64,000 nucleotides of DNA from Octopus sinensis (lineage: Eukaryota), in assembly GCF_006345805.1 (NCBI RefSeq), contig NC_043001.1:94612001-94676000 (forward strand), in the 5' to 3' direction. Below are positions 1 to 13,002 of this stretch, piece by piece. The position numbers and the translations under genes are program-made. Each line of letters starts with the position of its first letter. Position 1 is the first letter of the stretch. A model generated the notes under the pieces. That model saw nothing but the letters and a program-made list of their open reading frames with translations. It was not told where the DNA came from and ran no database searches.

Positions 1-285
1 AGGTCGAGTAGCCCATCCCGATCAAAATGTCTCTGAATAAAGATTGTTTAAGGGTGTTGAACGAACCACCCATGTTTCCAAAGGTGAATTATCCAAACCT
101 CCAAAAATTACTTTCAACACAGAGCTATGATTGCGCCCCTACAATTTCTGCTCGTGATCAGAGATGCACATATCGTCAGTCAGTAAGTGATATGGTCAAT
201 TGGTTACGGTCAAACAACTGACAAGCAAATCCGTGGTATTGAGCAGAATATTTGCTGTAGCCCATCTTTTGTACCATGTAGGCCA
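1..285. repeat. Probable interspersed repeat fragment, truncated by the window edge
   Basis: GC-richer block with no convincing ORF, ending at a degenerate (ATT/GTT)n tract; repeat status is inferred, with no second copy seen in the window. Confidence 0.3.
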
Positions 286-345
286 TATTATTATTATTGT
301 TGTTTTTGTTTTTGTTGGTACTGTTGATACTGGTATAATCATTAT

Positions 346-1815
346 TCTGGTTTAGCTCAGGTTGGGACTTATTCCTGGTAAGAACTATGTGGATAGCAAG
401 TTACTACCTGTAACCTTAGGTATCCACAAGATTTCAGCAGTCCTTCATGTGCTTAGAACCCTCCTGATAATCCTTGCTGTTCCTAAGAGACAAATTTTGT
501 CTAGGAGCTCTATAGGGCATCCTATTCCAATCTCGTACCTCTATTTGTCAATAACTTTGCTTACTGTCACCAATGCACCAATTAATATAGACACGACGTT
601 TACTTTCCCCATGCTCTAAATACTCGCGATTTTAAATGTTAAGGGATTGTATATTTTCTCCCTTTCTTCCGCTTTCTATACGATTCTGGAATCAAACGGG
701 CTTGACTGGTCGGTTAGTAAGCAACATCGCTTTTCCTTATTTATGATCGTTTTGTCCAGTCAATTATTTTCTAATTTCTAGTCCACTTGAATAGGAAAGC
801 CCTACATATTTTCGACGCCAGTACACATTCCAATCGAGGATTGTACCATGTGTTTCCTGCTTCAAATTCCCGTTTTTGATACAGTTTCCAGTGCAGTGTA
901 TAACGTTCATAACCTGGTCGTTTCTCTATTTCTTTTGTTCTTCCTGTGCCAACTTGGGGCATTCTGCTATATTGTGTACCAATGTAACATTCCGAGTTCC
1001 ACAAGCTCGACATTTCTCTGACACGTTCTCTCCATATATGATATTTCTCAAGTCGTTTGTTTCTGTCGCTTGATCTTAGGCTGCTACAATTAGACTCTCT
1101 GCTTCTGTGTTTAATTGACCCATTTTAACCAAGCCCTTGATTTTGCTCCACTTACTTCTTCGTTGGCTTCTTATTATTGGCCATGAAGAGCTTTTTCTTC
1201 GATCATCTTGACATGCTTTCTTTGTATTTCATTATTATCATATCTCCTATTACGCGTTTCATCACCTGGTCTTTAATCACTGGCTTTTGAAGTTTTTTCT
1301 CTGCTGCTCTGTAAATACTCTACTAGGCATTTTCTTTCTATCCGTACACATTCTTTTACTGCACTTAAGTCTCGATCTGTCTTCAAGTACAGTCGCGCTC
1401 CGCACATCGTCAACAACTTCCTATATTTTCTGTCAAGATTCTATATATCGTTTCTGGTCCAGTCTATAATTCCAACGCCATGTCTTATTAAATGTACTGC
1501 GCTTAAATTTATGACTCCAATAAATTCAGCTTTGCAATAATTTTCTGAGTCACCTTTGAATTCAACTTTGCAATAATTTTCTGACACACCTGGTGTAGTC
1601 CCTACTGGTAATATGTTTCATTTCTTCATTGTTAATTTCGTCTGCTTCCAGTATTCCCAAGTGCCTATACCACCGCCCGTTCTAAACCATTCTCATTGTT
1701 TGCCCCTTTGGCATTTCAACTCACTGCATTCTTCCAAATCTTCCGCGTTTCATTTTCAATATAGCGCATTTCTCTATCCCACTTTCCATACCTATATCAT
1801 TTGAGAAAATGTACA
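346..1815 (-). mobile_element. Degenerate Dong/R4-clade non-LTR retrotransposon, 3' part (RT thumb to RLE endonuclease)
   Basis: Minus-strand translation across frameshifts gives TFSNDIGMESGIEKCAILKMKRG, NLDRKYRKLLT, LHWKLYQK..WY and a C-terminal CLLGTARIIRRVLST; the 3' end abuts degenerate (AAT)n. Confidence 0.85.
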
Positions 1816-1849
1816 TAATATACACATGATTTTGTTTCTCTTTTATCTA

Positions 1850-2780
1850 AGTTTCAATTAGATTGAGCCCAACGCTCTGAACACGACTGGTATCACTTTT
1901 ACATTACTCTCTCGTATTCCATAGTCTTGCCAATTCCCCTTTCCAGCCGGAGTACTTGGTGACTTTTTCAACCTCTTTACTCACAACAATCATGTCATTT
2001 GGTATGGCTACATAAATGTTCTGACAGTATTTGTCTCTCGTATTCAATATGACAATATCCGGCCGACGGTGTTCGATTACACGATCCGTCTGAAAAGCAT
2101 AGTCCCAGAGTATCATTACTTTTCCCGCCTCCTGCATAACTTTACTTGGTACATGTTCATACCAGTTCTCTATTACTTTATACAGGTATTTTGGCATGAG
2201 AACCAGTGAAGATACGCATACACTTCATCGTGGCGGCGCTTGTATTGTCTTTGTGCAAGGCTCTGACATCCAGTTACCAAGTGGCTCGCATTTTTCACAC
2301 TCTTTCCACAGAGTCTGCATTTCTGTGTGTCAGAAGCTTTATAAATGTTATACTTAGCTTAATTGGTGGCAAGAGCCTGGTCTTGTGCAGCAATAATCAG
2401 GCGTTCTGTGGTACACTTCAAATCACCTCGCTCAAGCCATTCCTACGATGCTACAGTATCCTTCACGTCTTGTGTATAACTTTCAAACTGCCCATGCATT
2501 CTCATTTCAAGAAGATTTCTATACAGCTCCTTGGTTAAACACTTCCTTGCCCATCATTTCATCTGCATTTACACCAATATATGAAATACTCGGCAAGCGT
2601 TCTCCTCTCATTTCTTATACAATGGTCTATACTAATTAGTCCCCTGCCACTATTATTTCTTTTCACATAAAGTCTCTTTACGTTTCCTTTAGGGTGTAGC
2701 GCCTCATGCAGCGTCATCAACTTCCTCGTCTTTCTATCCAGTGTTCATATTTCCTCCTTAGTCCATTTGCGGATGGACGT
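1850..2780 (-). mobile_element. Second degenerate Dong/R4-clade fragment (CCHC knuckle plus RLE)
   Basis: LIIAAQDQAL, CRLCGKSVKNASHLVTGC, RRHDEV, ILWDYAFQTDRVIEHRRPDIVI (ORF 1904-2197), VIPVVFRALGSI. Confidence 0.9.
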
Positions 2781-2910
2781 CCCCCTGGAGCCTCGTGGAG
2801 CTTAGGGGTTTTTACTCAATAAACACTCACAATGCCCGACCTGGGAATCGCAACCGCGGTCTTATGACTGCGAGTCCGCTGCCCGGACCAATGGGCTATT
2901 GCGCCTCCAC
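2781..2910 (-). mobile_element. tRNA-derived SINE (family C), 3'-truncated
   Basis: Reverse complement GTGGAGGCGCAAT...GCAGCGGACTCGC...CGATTCCCAG matches the copies at 21282-21576 and 30547-30863; A/B-box-like head. Confidence 0.8.
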
Positions 2911-3589
2911 TATGGTGCTGGTGCTGTTACTGTAGCAGTTCTTCACAACGCCCTATTTATTTTCGTCCCAATCTATTTGCGGACGATAACTTTAAATACT
3001 TGAAGAAGAAAATTGTATATTTATCCCCGATCCTGTAATTATACCAATATTTTTATCTGTTTCATAGTTTCGAGACTCAAATTTTGATTCTCCTATTGCA
3101 ATTTTATAAAAAAAATGTAACTAGTTTTATTTATAAGCTTATAGTTATCATTTTGTTCGTAACCGTGAACTATCAGCTTTTGATATAAAATTATAATTAA
3201 ATGCAAACTTCGATACTTAGATTTGTAGGAATTAAACCTATGAACATATACCTTGTTAGAGATATATTAAGTAAGGGTCACTTTTAATTTTAATCGTATT
3301 GCCATATAAGGAATATATATGGAAAAGGAAAATAAACTGTGAATAATGAATATATTTTGCATCAATCAAAATCCTGAGATAGCGGCTCTGTTCCTATATC
3401 AGATAGCAAATATATTTCATGATATTCTTATTGTTATAAAGTACCAAGACTGTTTGCATTACACGGCATACTTAAGAGCAGTCGATGTGTAGCTTATACG
3501 GTATTTCTCTCTGTACTAACGCCAATTCATCAATCTTGCGCATCATGAGGATTTTCTGTATATACAGACGTCAATACATACATGTAAGC

Positions 3590-3800
3590 ACATGCTCATA
3601 TATGTATACATATATATATATATATATATATACTTATATATATATATAATATATATATATATGTATATAGATGTATATATATATGTATATAGATGTATAT
3701 ATATATGTGTGTGCGTATGTATGTATGAATGTGTGTGTGCGTGTTCTTCTACCATTGTGTGTGTAGATGTGTGCGTAGAGAGACACTCATATACATGAGT
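3590..3800. repeat. Compound (TA)n/(TG)n microsatellite
   Basis: Seen directly. Confidence 0.95.
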
Positions 3801-4324
3801 ATTTATATAATCATAGCATTTCATCAATCTTGTCATCTAATTTAAACAGTCTTGTTTCTCCTTTACATTCACCTCATTTTCCCTTCTATTTGCTCATTGC
3901 TTAAGTTATGCGCTCAATATAGTTCATATTGCTGCCAATGAATATCGCATCATATATGTGTTTTCTTCTTTTTTTTCTATTCATGTCGTTTTATATAGTT
4001 CTTGAGAATATTAAACTTATTTCAGTTATTGGACGATAGCCATTCCAAGCTCCATATTGGAAGTTATTTAAAGACGTTCAAAGAAGTCATACTAAATATA
4101 CATACATATCCACTTCATATAAATTCAAGCGAACTATTACAAGCTAAGATATGAGAGAAAATATTCTATCAAAGTAGTACTGAAAGGACACAAAGCAGAA
4201 ATTTTCAAAGAGCTTAAGAGCATTTTAATTATATATCATGCTAATCTAAATATCTGTAGACACTAGCCATGTATATGCACATATACATAATTTTCCTACA
4301 TACAGGCATCTACAAATATGTACA

Positions 4325-4328
4325 TATT

Positions 4329-4390
<62 letters not shown>

Positions 4391-4468
4391 CAGAGAGAGA
4401 GACAGAGAGACTGATAGATAGATATACAGAGAGACGCACACATAGTCATATATATTGTATATATGTAC

Positions 4469-4501
<33 letters not shown>

Positions 4502-4689
4502 ATATATATATGAATATATATATGTATATAAGATGTTTTCAGCAAAAATTCAGATTCAGATAAATATGGTACTTAAGTTGAGGCACCAGAATTTAGTACT
4601 GTATTTTCCATACAATTTCAAATTAAGGTGATTAAAATCAAGATAAGCAAGAAGTATATACAGAGGATATCCTTGTTGCTTATTTTGAT

Positions 4690-4726
<37 letters not shown>

Positions 4727-4804
4727 ACATACACACACACACACGCACACATACACACACACACACATGCACCCCCCCACACATATATATATATATATAT
4801 GTAT

Positions 4805-4842
<38 letters not shown>

Positions 4843-4845
4843 CAG
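4325..4845. repeat. Cluster of (TC)n, (TA)n, (GA)n and (CA)n microsatellites
   Basis: Seen directly. Confidence 0.95.
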
Positions 4846-5586
4846 AGGAGACTCAAGCTCATCAGCGTCACTCGGGTCCATCACAGATTTTGCCTAAATA
4901 AATGGTTACTCGAAGATTTTCACGGTTTTTCCCGCTTTCTTCCAAGCCCAATGTGTCTTATTTTTTTTATATCTAGCCCTACGTCTTTCTCCAGTTCTAA
5001 GTTAAAGGATAATAATAAAGCAACCCAGCAAAACCCAACTGATCTTTGCACATAGACGCAGAGAGTAACAGCAATAAAATACCCACAGCATTGTGCACAA
5101 CAAACATCAGCGATCTGCTTCTCACCTGCACACTTGATAAGAGATGCCAGGTCGTCGTTTGCATCTTCCATGGTCACACGTATTAGCCAAAGTTCCTGGA
5201 TAATTTTTCGTTCACTACGAAGACTATTGAAGAACGGAAAATTTCCCAAAAATTGGAATTGAAATACTAATCTCTGTAGAAATTTATTGTTTGAAGAAAC
5301 ATTGAATTTGAATTTGAATTCTTACGATTATAGAAAATAACTCTGACTGTAACTACTGAGTCCGAGTCAGGCGCGTGTAAACTATGTCGAGAGAACCTCT
5401 GCTACGAATGATGTTTTTTGACACAGCTCTAAACACTACCAGTCGCCGAACGAAAATAAATGAACTGCGACCAGACTCAATAAAAGGAACTCGAGTTACT
5501 GGCTGCGATTATATACTTGAAGTCAATATTGATAGAAATTAAATCAGCTTGCAAATACACGTTCACGTTACTAAATTTATACTTGG

Positions 5587-5623
5587 GCTAGGCTTCAGCT
5601 GCCCGAGTGCCGTGGGTTTACAC

Positions 5624-5704
<81 letters not shown>

Positions 5705-5739
5705 GTAAACACCCGGCACTCGGGCTGCTCGAACCTAGC
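5587..5739. repeat. Imperfect ~36-bp inverted repeat enclosing a (TA)n tract (miniature foldback/MITE-like)
   Basis: GCTAGGCTTCAGCTGCCCGAGTGCCGTGGGTTTACAC (5587-5623) versus GTGTAAACACCCGGCACTCGGGCTGCTCGAACCTAGC (5703-5739). Confidence 0.85.
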
Positions 5740-6640
5740 TCTTGTGTTTGCGTTGTATAAAGTTTTTATTGAAGCTAAGCATGGCAGAATGAATATGTAA
5801 CAACATGCTAATCAATAATGAGGCAGTAAAAACTTGCATGAACTTCTGGCTTCAGCGTCAAGTTTTGAGAATTAAATTAAGCATAATTTGAAAGTCGATG
5901 TCTCGTCATATGTTAATCTACCACCGAATCGATTTTTAATATTATTTTACTTACAAGTGTTTATTCCATATTCATTGTGAAAGCCACTGTACATTATTCC
6001 TAATTATATGAGATTTGTGTGGATTGAAATTACTTTGAAGATAAGGAGCGATAAGATTCCACGGCTGGCCCATCTTTGAGACTTTTTCTAAAGTAGTTTT
6101 AGATGCATCTTGAGAATACGTATATGATTGCGTAATGGAAAATGTTATCACGACATGCGGACATATATTGTGGACATTCGTGCAGTTTTGCTCAAATATA
6201 TTTTCTGTGAATTACATTGATTAAAATATTCTTCTTACAGCCGGCTTCTTACAGACCGCAAGACCTGTTTGCGCAAAATATTAAGGAGAATTGCTTCTAT
6301 CATCCCAAAAAAGTTTATTGTAATGATTCATATATCAAATTGTCTTTATGCCCTTAAGCATCGCCCATGCAACGAATGCAGTTATAGTATAGACATTTTC
6401 AAATGACTTAAACTGAATTAATATAGGCCAGCCGTGCACAGATAACGAACTATTTTACATTTGCATTTCATTGATCCTGTTAAATATAGAAATTCAAGGT
6501 ACATTTGCGGCTTAGTGATTGGTATAGAGAATGTTTTATGATCCGCATTGTTGTACATAACTATATTTGTTCTCAAAATTTCCGAACTCATAAAACACAG
6601 GAATTTGCTGAAGTCATGTTTACACATATTCATATATACT

Positions 6641-7270
6641 GTTGGTTACAAATTTTGATGCAAGGGCAGTAAGTATGGGGAAGAGATTAAGTCATTTGCA
6701 TCGCCCCTAGTACCCGAGTAATACATAATGTATCGATCTAGAAAGAATAAAAAGCAAAATAGATCTCAATGAAATTTGACTTCAGCGTGAAGACTAACGA
6801 AAGACCGCTCAGCATTTTGCCCGATGTGCTAATGTTTCTACATGCTCACTCTCTTACATACGCCTATGATAGGGATTTCAAATGTTGGCACGGAGAGAGC
6901 AATTTCATGGGAAGGAGCAAGTCAATTTCATCAAACCCAGTGTTCAATGATTATTGCAACTCGCTGCTTTATCTTTAATGTTAATATCTATTTCACATGT
7001 TGGCACAAGGCCAGAGGTTTCAGGGAAAAGCTAAGCTGATTACATTGATCCCAGTGTTTAACTGGTATTTCGAAAGTATGAAAGGCAAAATAGACGTCGG
7101 GGAAATTTTAACTTAGAAGTTAAAGACGGATGAAATGCTGGCAAATTTGTTAGCAGCCACACAAAATGCTTAAACAACATTTCATCCGTTTCTACGCCTT
7201 AATTTCAACTTCCACTGTGGTCGATATTGCATTTCGTCCTTCGTTTCCCTGTGATGAATACGGATAGATC
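6641..7270. mobile_element. Cluster of old SINE family B copies (three minus-strand, then one plus-strand)
   Basis: Repeated TTTCAAATNTTGGCACAAGG...CCCAGTG...GAAAGGCAAA motif shared with 29715-30148; inverted GACGGATGAAATG / CATTTCATCCGT pair. Confidence 0.65.
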
Positions 7271-8244
7271 ATTGTGGTCGATGTCAACCACTATCGTTCT
7301 CCTCCAAAATCTCAGGCGTTGTACATATAGTAGGATATTAGCATAAAAGTTATGCAAAAAATACATCAGTGCATTATTAAAGTTAAATCGCATGTTATTG
7401 GGTAAGTAACATAGCCTTGTTTTATAGTTAACTAAGTCGCGTTGAAAAATTAATCGTTGTAACACAAGGCGTAGAAAATAGATTGTAGGTGGAGTGAGTA
7501 AATTCAACACTCTGGAGTCAAATATTCAAGTTAGGAAACCTAAAGCGATACTGAGATGCAAATTGTCACTATTTCTTTCACCAAAAATGTTGAATAATAA
7601 TGGAACATATCACACTGTAGGTAGTAATTGTCGTTGTTGTTTTAGTTTATTTAGTAAACATTTTATTGCTTTCAGTAGACTTGTTTTGTTATAATTAATT
7701 CAATATATTAAGGGTTGTCTCAATGTTGCACTCCATGCGGGCAACATCACGGAATAACTAATGTCAATTACCCATGTTTCGTATTATAAATATTTATTAT
7801 ACAATTAAATAACCATGTCGACTTACCATTGATTTTTTAAGCATTACAAATTCGGTGCGTTTGGAAGAATGTTTAAAGAAACTAAATGTATCCTGATTTG
7901 TCTCCCGTGTTTGCAGAAATGATTAAAAACCGAGCGAATAATAATAATCCAAGAATTAACGCTCTGCTTATTTCCTAGCTAAGTATTTATAATTTAGTTT
8001 AAAGTTAGACATATTCAATTCTGTTTAAATATATACTTAAAACATGTTTTAAAAACGTTTCTGTATGACAAAAATCTACAAGTTCATATTCCATTTCATT
8101 ATGTAATGTAAAGAAAAAAAGCCTTTCAAAGAAATAAATTTTAATATTTATGTTTCTATAACTCTTACTTGTACTTGAAGGAAATTCACAAGTTGTTATG
8201 TGTACGTGTGCGTGTTCATCTGTTTGAATTGCGATAGACATATA

Positions 8245-8633
8245 TAAAACAATAAAATATTTATTACTTCATAAAAGAACATAAGGATAAAGATCACGTT
8301 AATGATTTTTATCAAGTAGTCAGATTGCTATAAACATTTATAGGCAATTAATAAATTAAATTAATAATAATATACATGGGTATATATTGCTGGAGTTTTT
8401 GATAGATTTTCAAGGGATTGACACTTCTTGCATGCTGGAGACAGATCGTTTTCGCCCTAAAACGCTTGGTATGAGAATATACATATGTACATTATCATTA
8501 ATTTAATGTATTAATTGCTTATAAATTTTGTATAGTATGCTGACTACTTAAAAATAATAATTAACGTGATTTTTATACTGATATTCTTTAAAAAAATAGT
8601 AAATAATTTAAATAAAATGATTTAATTGTTTTA
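8245..8633. mobile_element. Foldback element with ~145-155 bp imperfect inverted arms and ~90-bp core
   Basis: ATCACGTTAAT..AAGTAGTCAG..ATTTATAGGCAATTAATA (8245-8388) is the reverse complement of TATTAATTGCTTATAAAT..CTGACTACTT..ATTAACGTGAT (8477-8633). Confidence 0.8.
8361..8456 (-). other. Putative exon-like coding fragment GENDLSPACKKCQSLENLSKTPAIYTHVYYY*
   Basis: Follows TTTTAG (possible acceptor); paralogous to 8921-9010 with 16 identical residues and 5 synonymous third-position changes. Confidence 0.4.
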
Positions 8634-8920
8634 CTCCTGCCCGGAATAGAATTTACTGCTTGACTATTCCTATAATATACACGTTGGCTGTCGTGAGAGG
8701 ATTTAAAATAGACTTTCTTCCTGTCTATGCGTGGAAAATTCGTATTTAGATGTGTGAATTCGCTTTGAACTGCGAATTATTGTACAATTTATTTGGGTTT
8801 ATATTTCCCAATAATTATTGTGTTGCCAAAGAATGAAAGTTTATTTTTTGCTTTAATCCAGAAACTGGAACACATTTACAATTAATGTGAGTCTTTTTAA
8901 TTTTCTCTCACTGCATGGTT

Positions 8921-9010
8921 TCAACCATGTGCATATTTAGCTGGAGTTTTTTGGTAATATGTCTCAAGATACGGGCACTGGAAACATGCTTCCGACAGGC
9001 TGTTTTCGCC
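8921..9010 (-). other. Putative exon-like coding fragment GENSLSEACFQCPYLETYYQKTPAKYAHG*
   Basis: Paralogue of 8361-8456; also preceded by TAG; the single indel is 3 nt and keeps the frame. Confidence 0.4.
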
Positions 9011-9057
9011 CTAGCTCCTTTGATATAATTATATAACAATAATAGTAATAAATAAAA

Positions 9058-9101
9058 TGATGAAGATGACGACTATGACGATGATAATAACGATGATGTT
9101 G

Positions 9102-9157
<56 letters not shown>

Positions 9158-9179
9158 AATGATGATGATGATGATGATA
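9058..9179. repeat. (GAT)n microsatellite
   Basis: Seen directly. Confidence 0.95.
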
Positions 9180-9701
9180 AAATGCAAAAAAAAATGTCTG
9201 TCCTAACAGTAGGGCAATAATAGCATTTCCTCCCGATAGAAGTAATAGACGAAAGTGACTCTCGGAGTCTAGCCAACAATCAATCATCGCTCATGTCTTG
9301 TAACAAGTACGAACGAACAACTTTTTGTCGAAATCAGATTTAACACCACGTGATTGATATGTTTGCGGTTGCGCCAAGCATGAAGTTTACAAATGAAATC
9401 ACTATTCACTGATAAAGGTGAAAATGATGTGTAATATTCTTGGTAATTTACCAGACGCTTTCAGATAATCTGTTAAAAATCTCACCATAAGATTGAAAAG
9501 GTGATCGGAGAATGTGAAAACCAATTTTGAAGATTTATCTCGGTAATACTACAGAAATGAATAAATGGCAGAATAGGTTCATTTAATTTATGGCACGAAT
9601 GAATACAGATATGTTAAGAGACTGATGAAATCAAAATATAAAAATAAGCTCCAATGTTTTACCTGACTATAAATAGATACGTTTATATATGTATATATAT
9701 A

Positions 9702-9779
<78 letters not shown>

Positions 9780-9860
9780 TTACATGCATACGCAATATCT
9801 ACACACACATATATTTATAAGTACATATATATTTATATATATATATATATATATATATAA

Positions 9861-10354
9861 AAGTAAAAGGGCAGGCAACATGTTGCTCTGCCGCATACCG
9901 AAAGAATTAGAAATAGCAGTCAGAGACTGTTTATTTCCATTTTCTACAAGTGGGGGCTCCATTACGACTATCCCGGTGGTGCGCTTGGCAGAATTTTGGA
10001 GTGAAATTTTACGGAATCAATCGTCTACTTAGTTTTAGCCTATGCTCACTTTCCCCCCACTATTTGATGACGCCTGGTCGAAAGTGGAGGCTGGTGGCAT
10101 TTGATAAATCTAACGAAGATAGTGCTGAAGAAAGACATAAGGCAAGTTCTCGCCTACGATCTAGAAACATGTTCACCATTAACGGTAAGGCATTGTTTTC
10201 GTTTATTTACTCCTCCTATCTTGCGTATGTGTATTGCAGGGTTATGTCGTATATGGAGCCCCCACTTGTAGAAAATGGAAATAAACAGTCTCTGACTGCT
10301 ATTTCTTATTCTTTCGGTATGCGGCAGAGCAACCTGTTGCCCGCCCTTTTACTT
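9861..10354. mobile_element. Non-autonomous DNA transposon (MITE) with ~108-bp TIRs in a TA-rich site
   Basis: AAGTAAAAGGGCAGGCAACATGTTGCTCTGCCGCATACCGAAAGAAT...GGGGGCTCCAT (9861-9968) is the near-perfect reverse complement of 10246-10354; ~280-bp non-coding core. Confidence 0.9.
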
Positions 10355-10478
10355 ATATACTATATATACTGAACTCCACAGAAGTTCCCGACGCTAAAGG
10401 TCATATTTACATACCGAAATCTACCGGTAAATAATTGTTGGTTGTCTGAAAAACCATCGAAAAAATTATTTACCCTTT

Positions 10479-10569
<91 letters not shown>

Positions 10570-10618
10570 ATATGTATATGTATATAAACATATATGTATA
10601 CATACATATATGTATATA

Positions 10619-10870
10619 GTCGCAGGAGTAGCTGAGTGGTAAGTAGGTTCAGTCCCACTGTGTGACACTTGGGCACGTGTCTGTGTTTGTACACGCACCA
10701 TCACTTTACAACCTATGTTGGTGTGTTTACGTCCCCGTATTTTAGCAAAAGTGTAAGATGGAATAAGTACTAGGCTTACAAAGAATAAGTCCTGGGGTCG
10801 ATTAGTTCGAATGAATGCGGTGATCCAGCATCGCCGCAGTAAAATAACTGAAAGGAATAAAATGATAAAA
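10619..10870 (+). mobile_element. SINE family A copy with internal deletions
   Basis: CGCAGGAGTAGCTGAGTGGTAAG..TTCAGTCCCACTG head and AATAAGTACTAGGCTTACAAAGAATAAGTCCTGGGGTCG body shared with 33901 and 62921 copies. Confidence 0.75.
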
Positions 10871-11639
10871 GGATCTAGATATGCACATGTATATGTACAT
10901 ATTTCGTCCATTCAATTAAGAATCGCCTTAATACGCATTATTACATAAATGCATAAATACATTAACTCGGAATGTTAAGTAGAGATTCACGGCGCTGGAA
11001 ACACTCACATACGAACATACCGACTCACATGCAAAAGATATTCTAACGTTCGAATATATAAAAAATGATTTTGTCAATTCTGGTAATCATTTTTTCTTTT
11101 GTTTTAACGAAAATAGTATTCATATATTTTTAGTATGATCATACCCGAGTGGACCTTCTGCGAATAGAAAGATTTTGATATTTGGAATAATCCGATATAT
11201 TGAATCGTAGGTTATTTTACATCAATACCATTTGATTATCTAAACATATTTTATGGAACATGGTAGTATGTAAGGACAAGTTGTATATTGAAGTAATTGA
11301 CTACGAATTCTTAGCTATTGCCTTATGTATTTGGGGTTGTTTTGCAATTGCAAAAGTAATCATGTGGATGAATGCAATTATATTAACTTGTGCATAAGTG
11401 AATGGATATGAATAGCAGTAATGTTGATGTATTCTTTTAAGTTTGAAATTGGAATCACACTGAGATCGTATTTGCATTCCATAACACAAGGATTGTGGAA
11501 GTGGCTTCATTCAAACTAAAGTGTGGTTGTACAAAATAACCCATTCACCCAACACTCACTTACACAAACACACTTACGCACACACGCAGACAAGCAAACA
11601 CGTGCACAAATATATATATATATATATATATTATGTGTG

Positions 11640-11691
<52 letters not shown>

Positions 11692-12555
11692 TGTTAATTT
11701 GGTAAATGTCGATGGTCGTCAGCTGATCAGCTGTTGATTAAGCCATTCAATATTTTCTCTTTTGCTAAAATGTGCTTTAACTATTAATAGGTAACGTAAC
11801 CACTATTCACACAATAATATATAAATATAATATTACATAGTTTTCTTTTGTTAAAGTGATGTCGTCACAGGTTCCATAATAAATGGATGTCCAATTATAT
11901 TGCAGGAAAAGAAGGAAACATTATCATACATTATGCACGCCAATATTATTCGAGGAAAAGTGTAAGAAAAACATTTCTTTTCTCGTACACATGTTAGTTA
12001 TGATAATCTCAGGAGAGATTTTTTATGTTAATGTGAATTCGGAATGTCACAAAGAGTGAAGATACTCATATGATGAGTATCCAAGTATAAATACAAAAAC
12101 AAAGCCTGGGAGATAATTTCATACAGTTCCTCTTCTTGAATCTCTTGTTACACCTATTTTAGACCCTCTTTACTTTGTAGTATTCTTATTGGCAGCCTTT
12201 TGATAGTTTATGAATGCCACTTGTGCTTCACTAAGTGCGTTTTCTACCCTATATATATATATATATGTCCTTTTACCTTTTATTCTTCGATACGTTTCAG
12301 GCGTTAGGCTGCGGTCTAGCTGGAGCACCGCTTGTGCAATCACCATTCCTATCGCCAATCTTAAGTGATTGACTTTTCATGATGGAAGCAGTTGGACATT
12401 TTGCTCTCTTTTGAGATACCTGACTTGATATACGTTAATGTGAGATTTTAGATACCAGGAGATTGATTTTTCTCAAAATCTACCATAGTTGGGGGCTGGT
12501 ATATCTCTCGATTCCGAAGTTTGTTTCGAGATCCTAGAGTATCTTCACAGACACA

Positions 12556-12611
<56 letters not shown>

Positions 12612-12886
12612 TATACACACACACACACACACATATCTTCAGTTGTCAAGGTGTTTCTCCTGGATGAAAAAATATCATTGAGATGTAGGCAAAAATACCC
12701 CAACCGAGAAAGAAAATACTGTATTGGTGTAGAATGTTTTACATCGATATACCTATTTTATTTCCAACACCCTTCTAATAAGTCTACGATGAAAATAGTC
12801 TAGGTTGTAGTTCAATTTGCGATAGACAAACAATAATTTTATCAAAACATTTATCAATAATCAATTACTGAAATCTTTGTTTCGTA

Positions 12887-12968
<82 letters not shown>

Positions 12969-12969
12969 G

Positions 12970-13002
<33 letters not shown>

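Noticed and set aside
4920-5249. 109-aa minus-strand ORF (MEDANDDLASLIKCAGEK...)
   Set aside because: The region is GC-richer than its surroundings, but no recognisable motif or splice support was found; it may be an unclassified TE fragment.
5348-5572. Possible solo LTR (TGTAAC...GTTACT with AATAAA)
   Set aside because: The 3' terminus is not CA, and there is no TSD, PBS or PPT.
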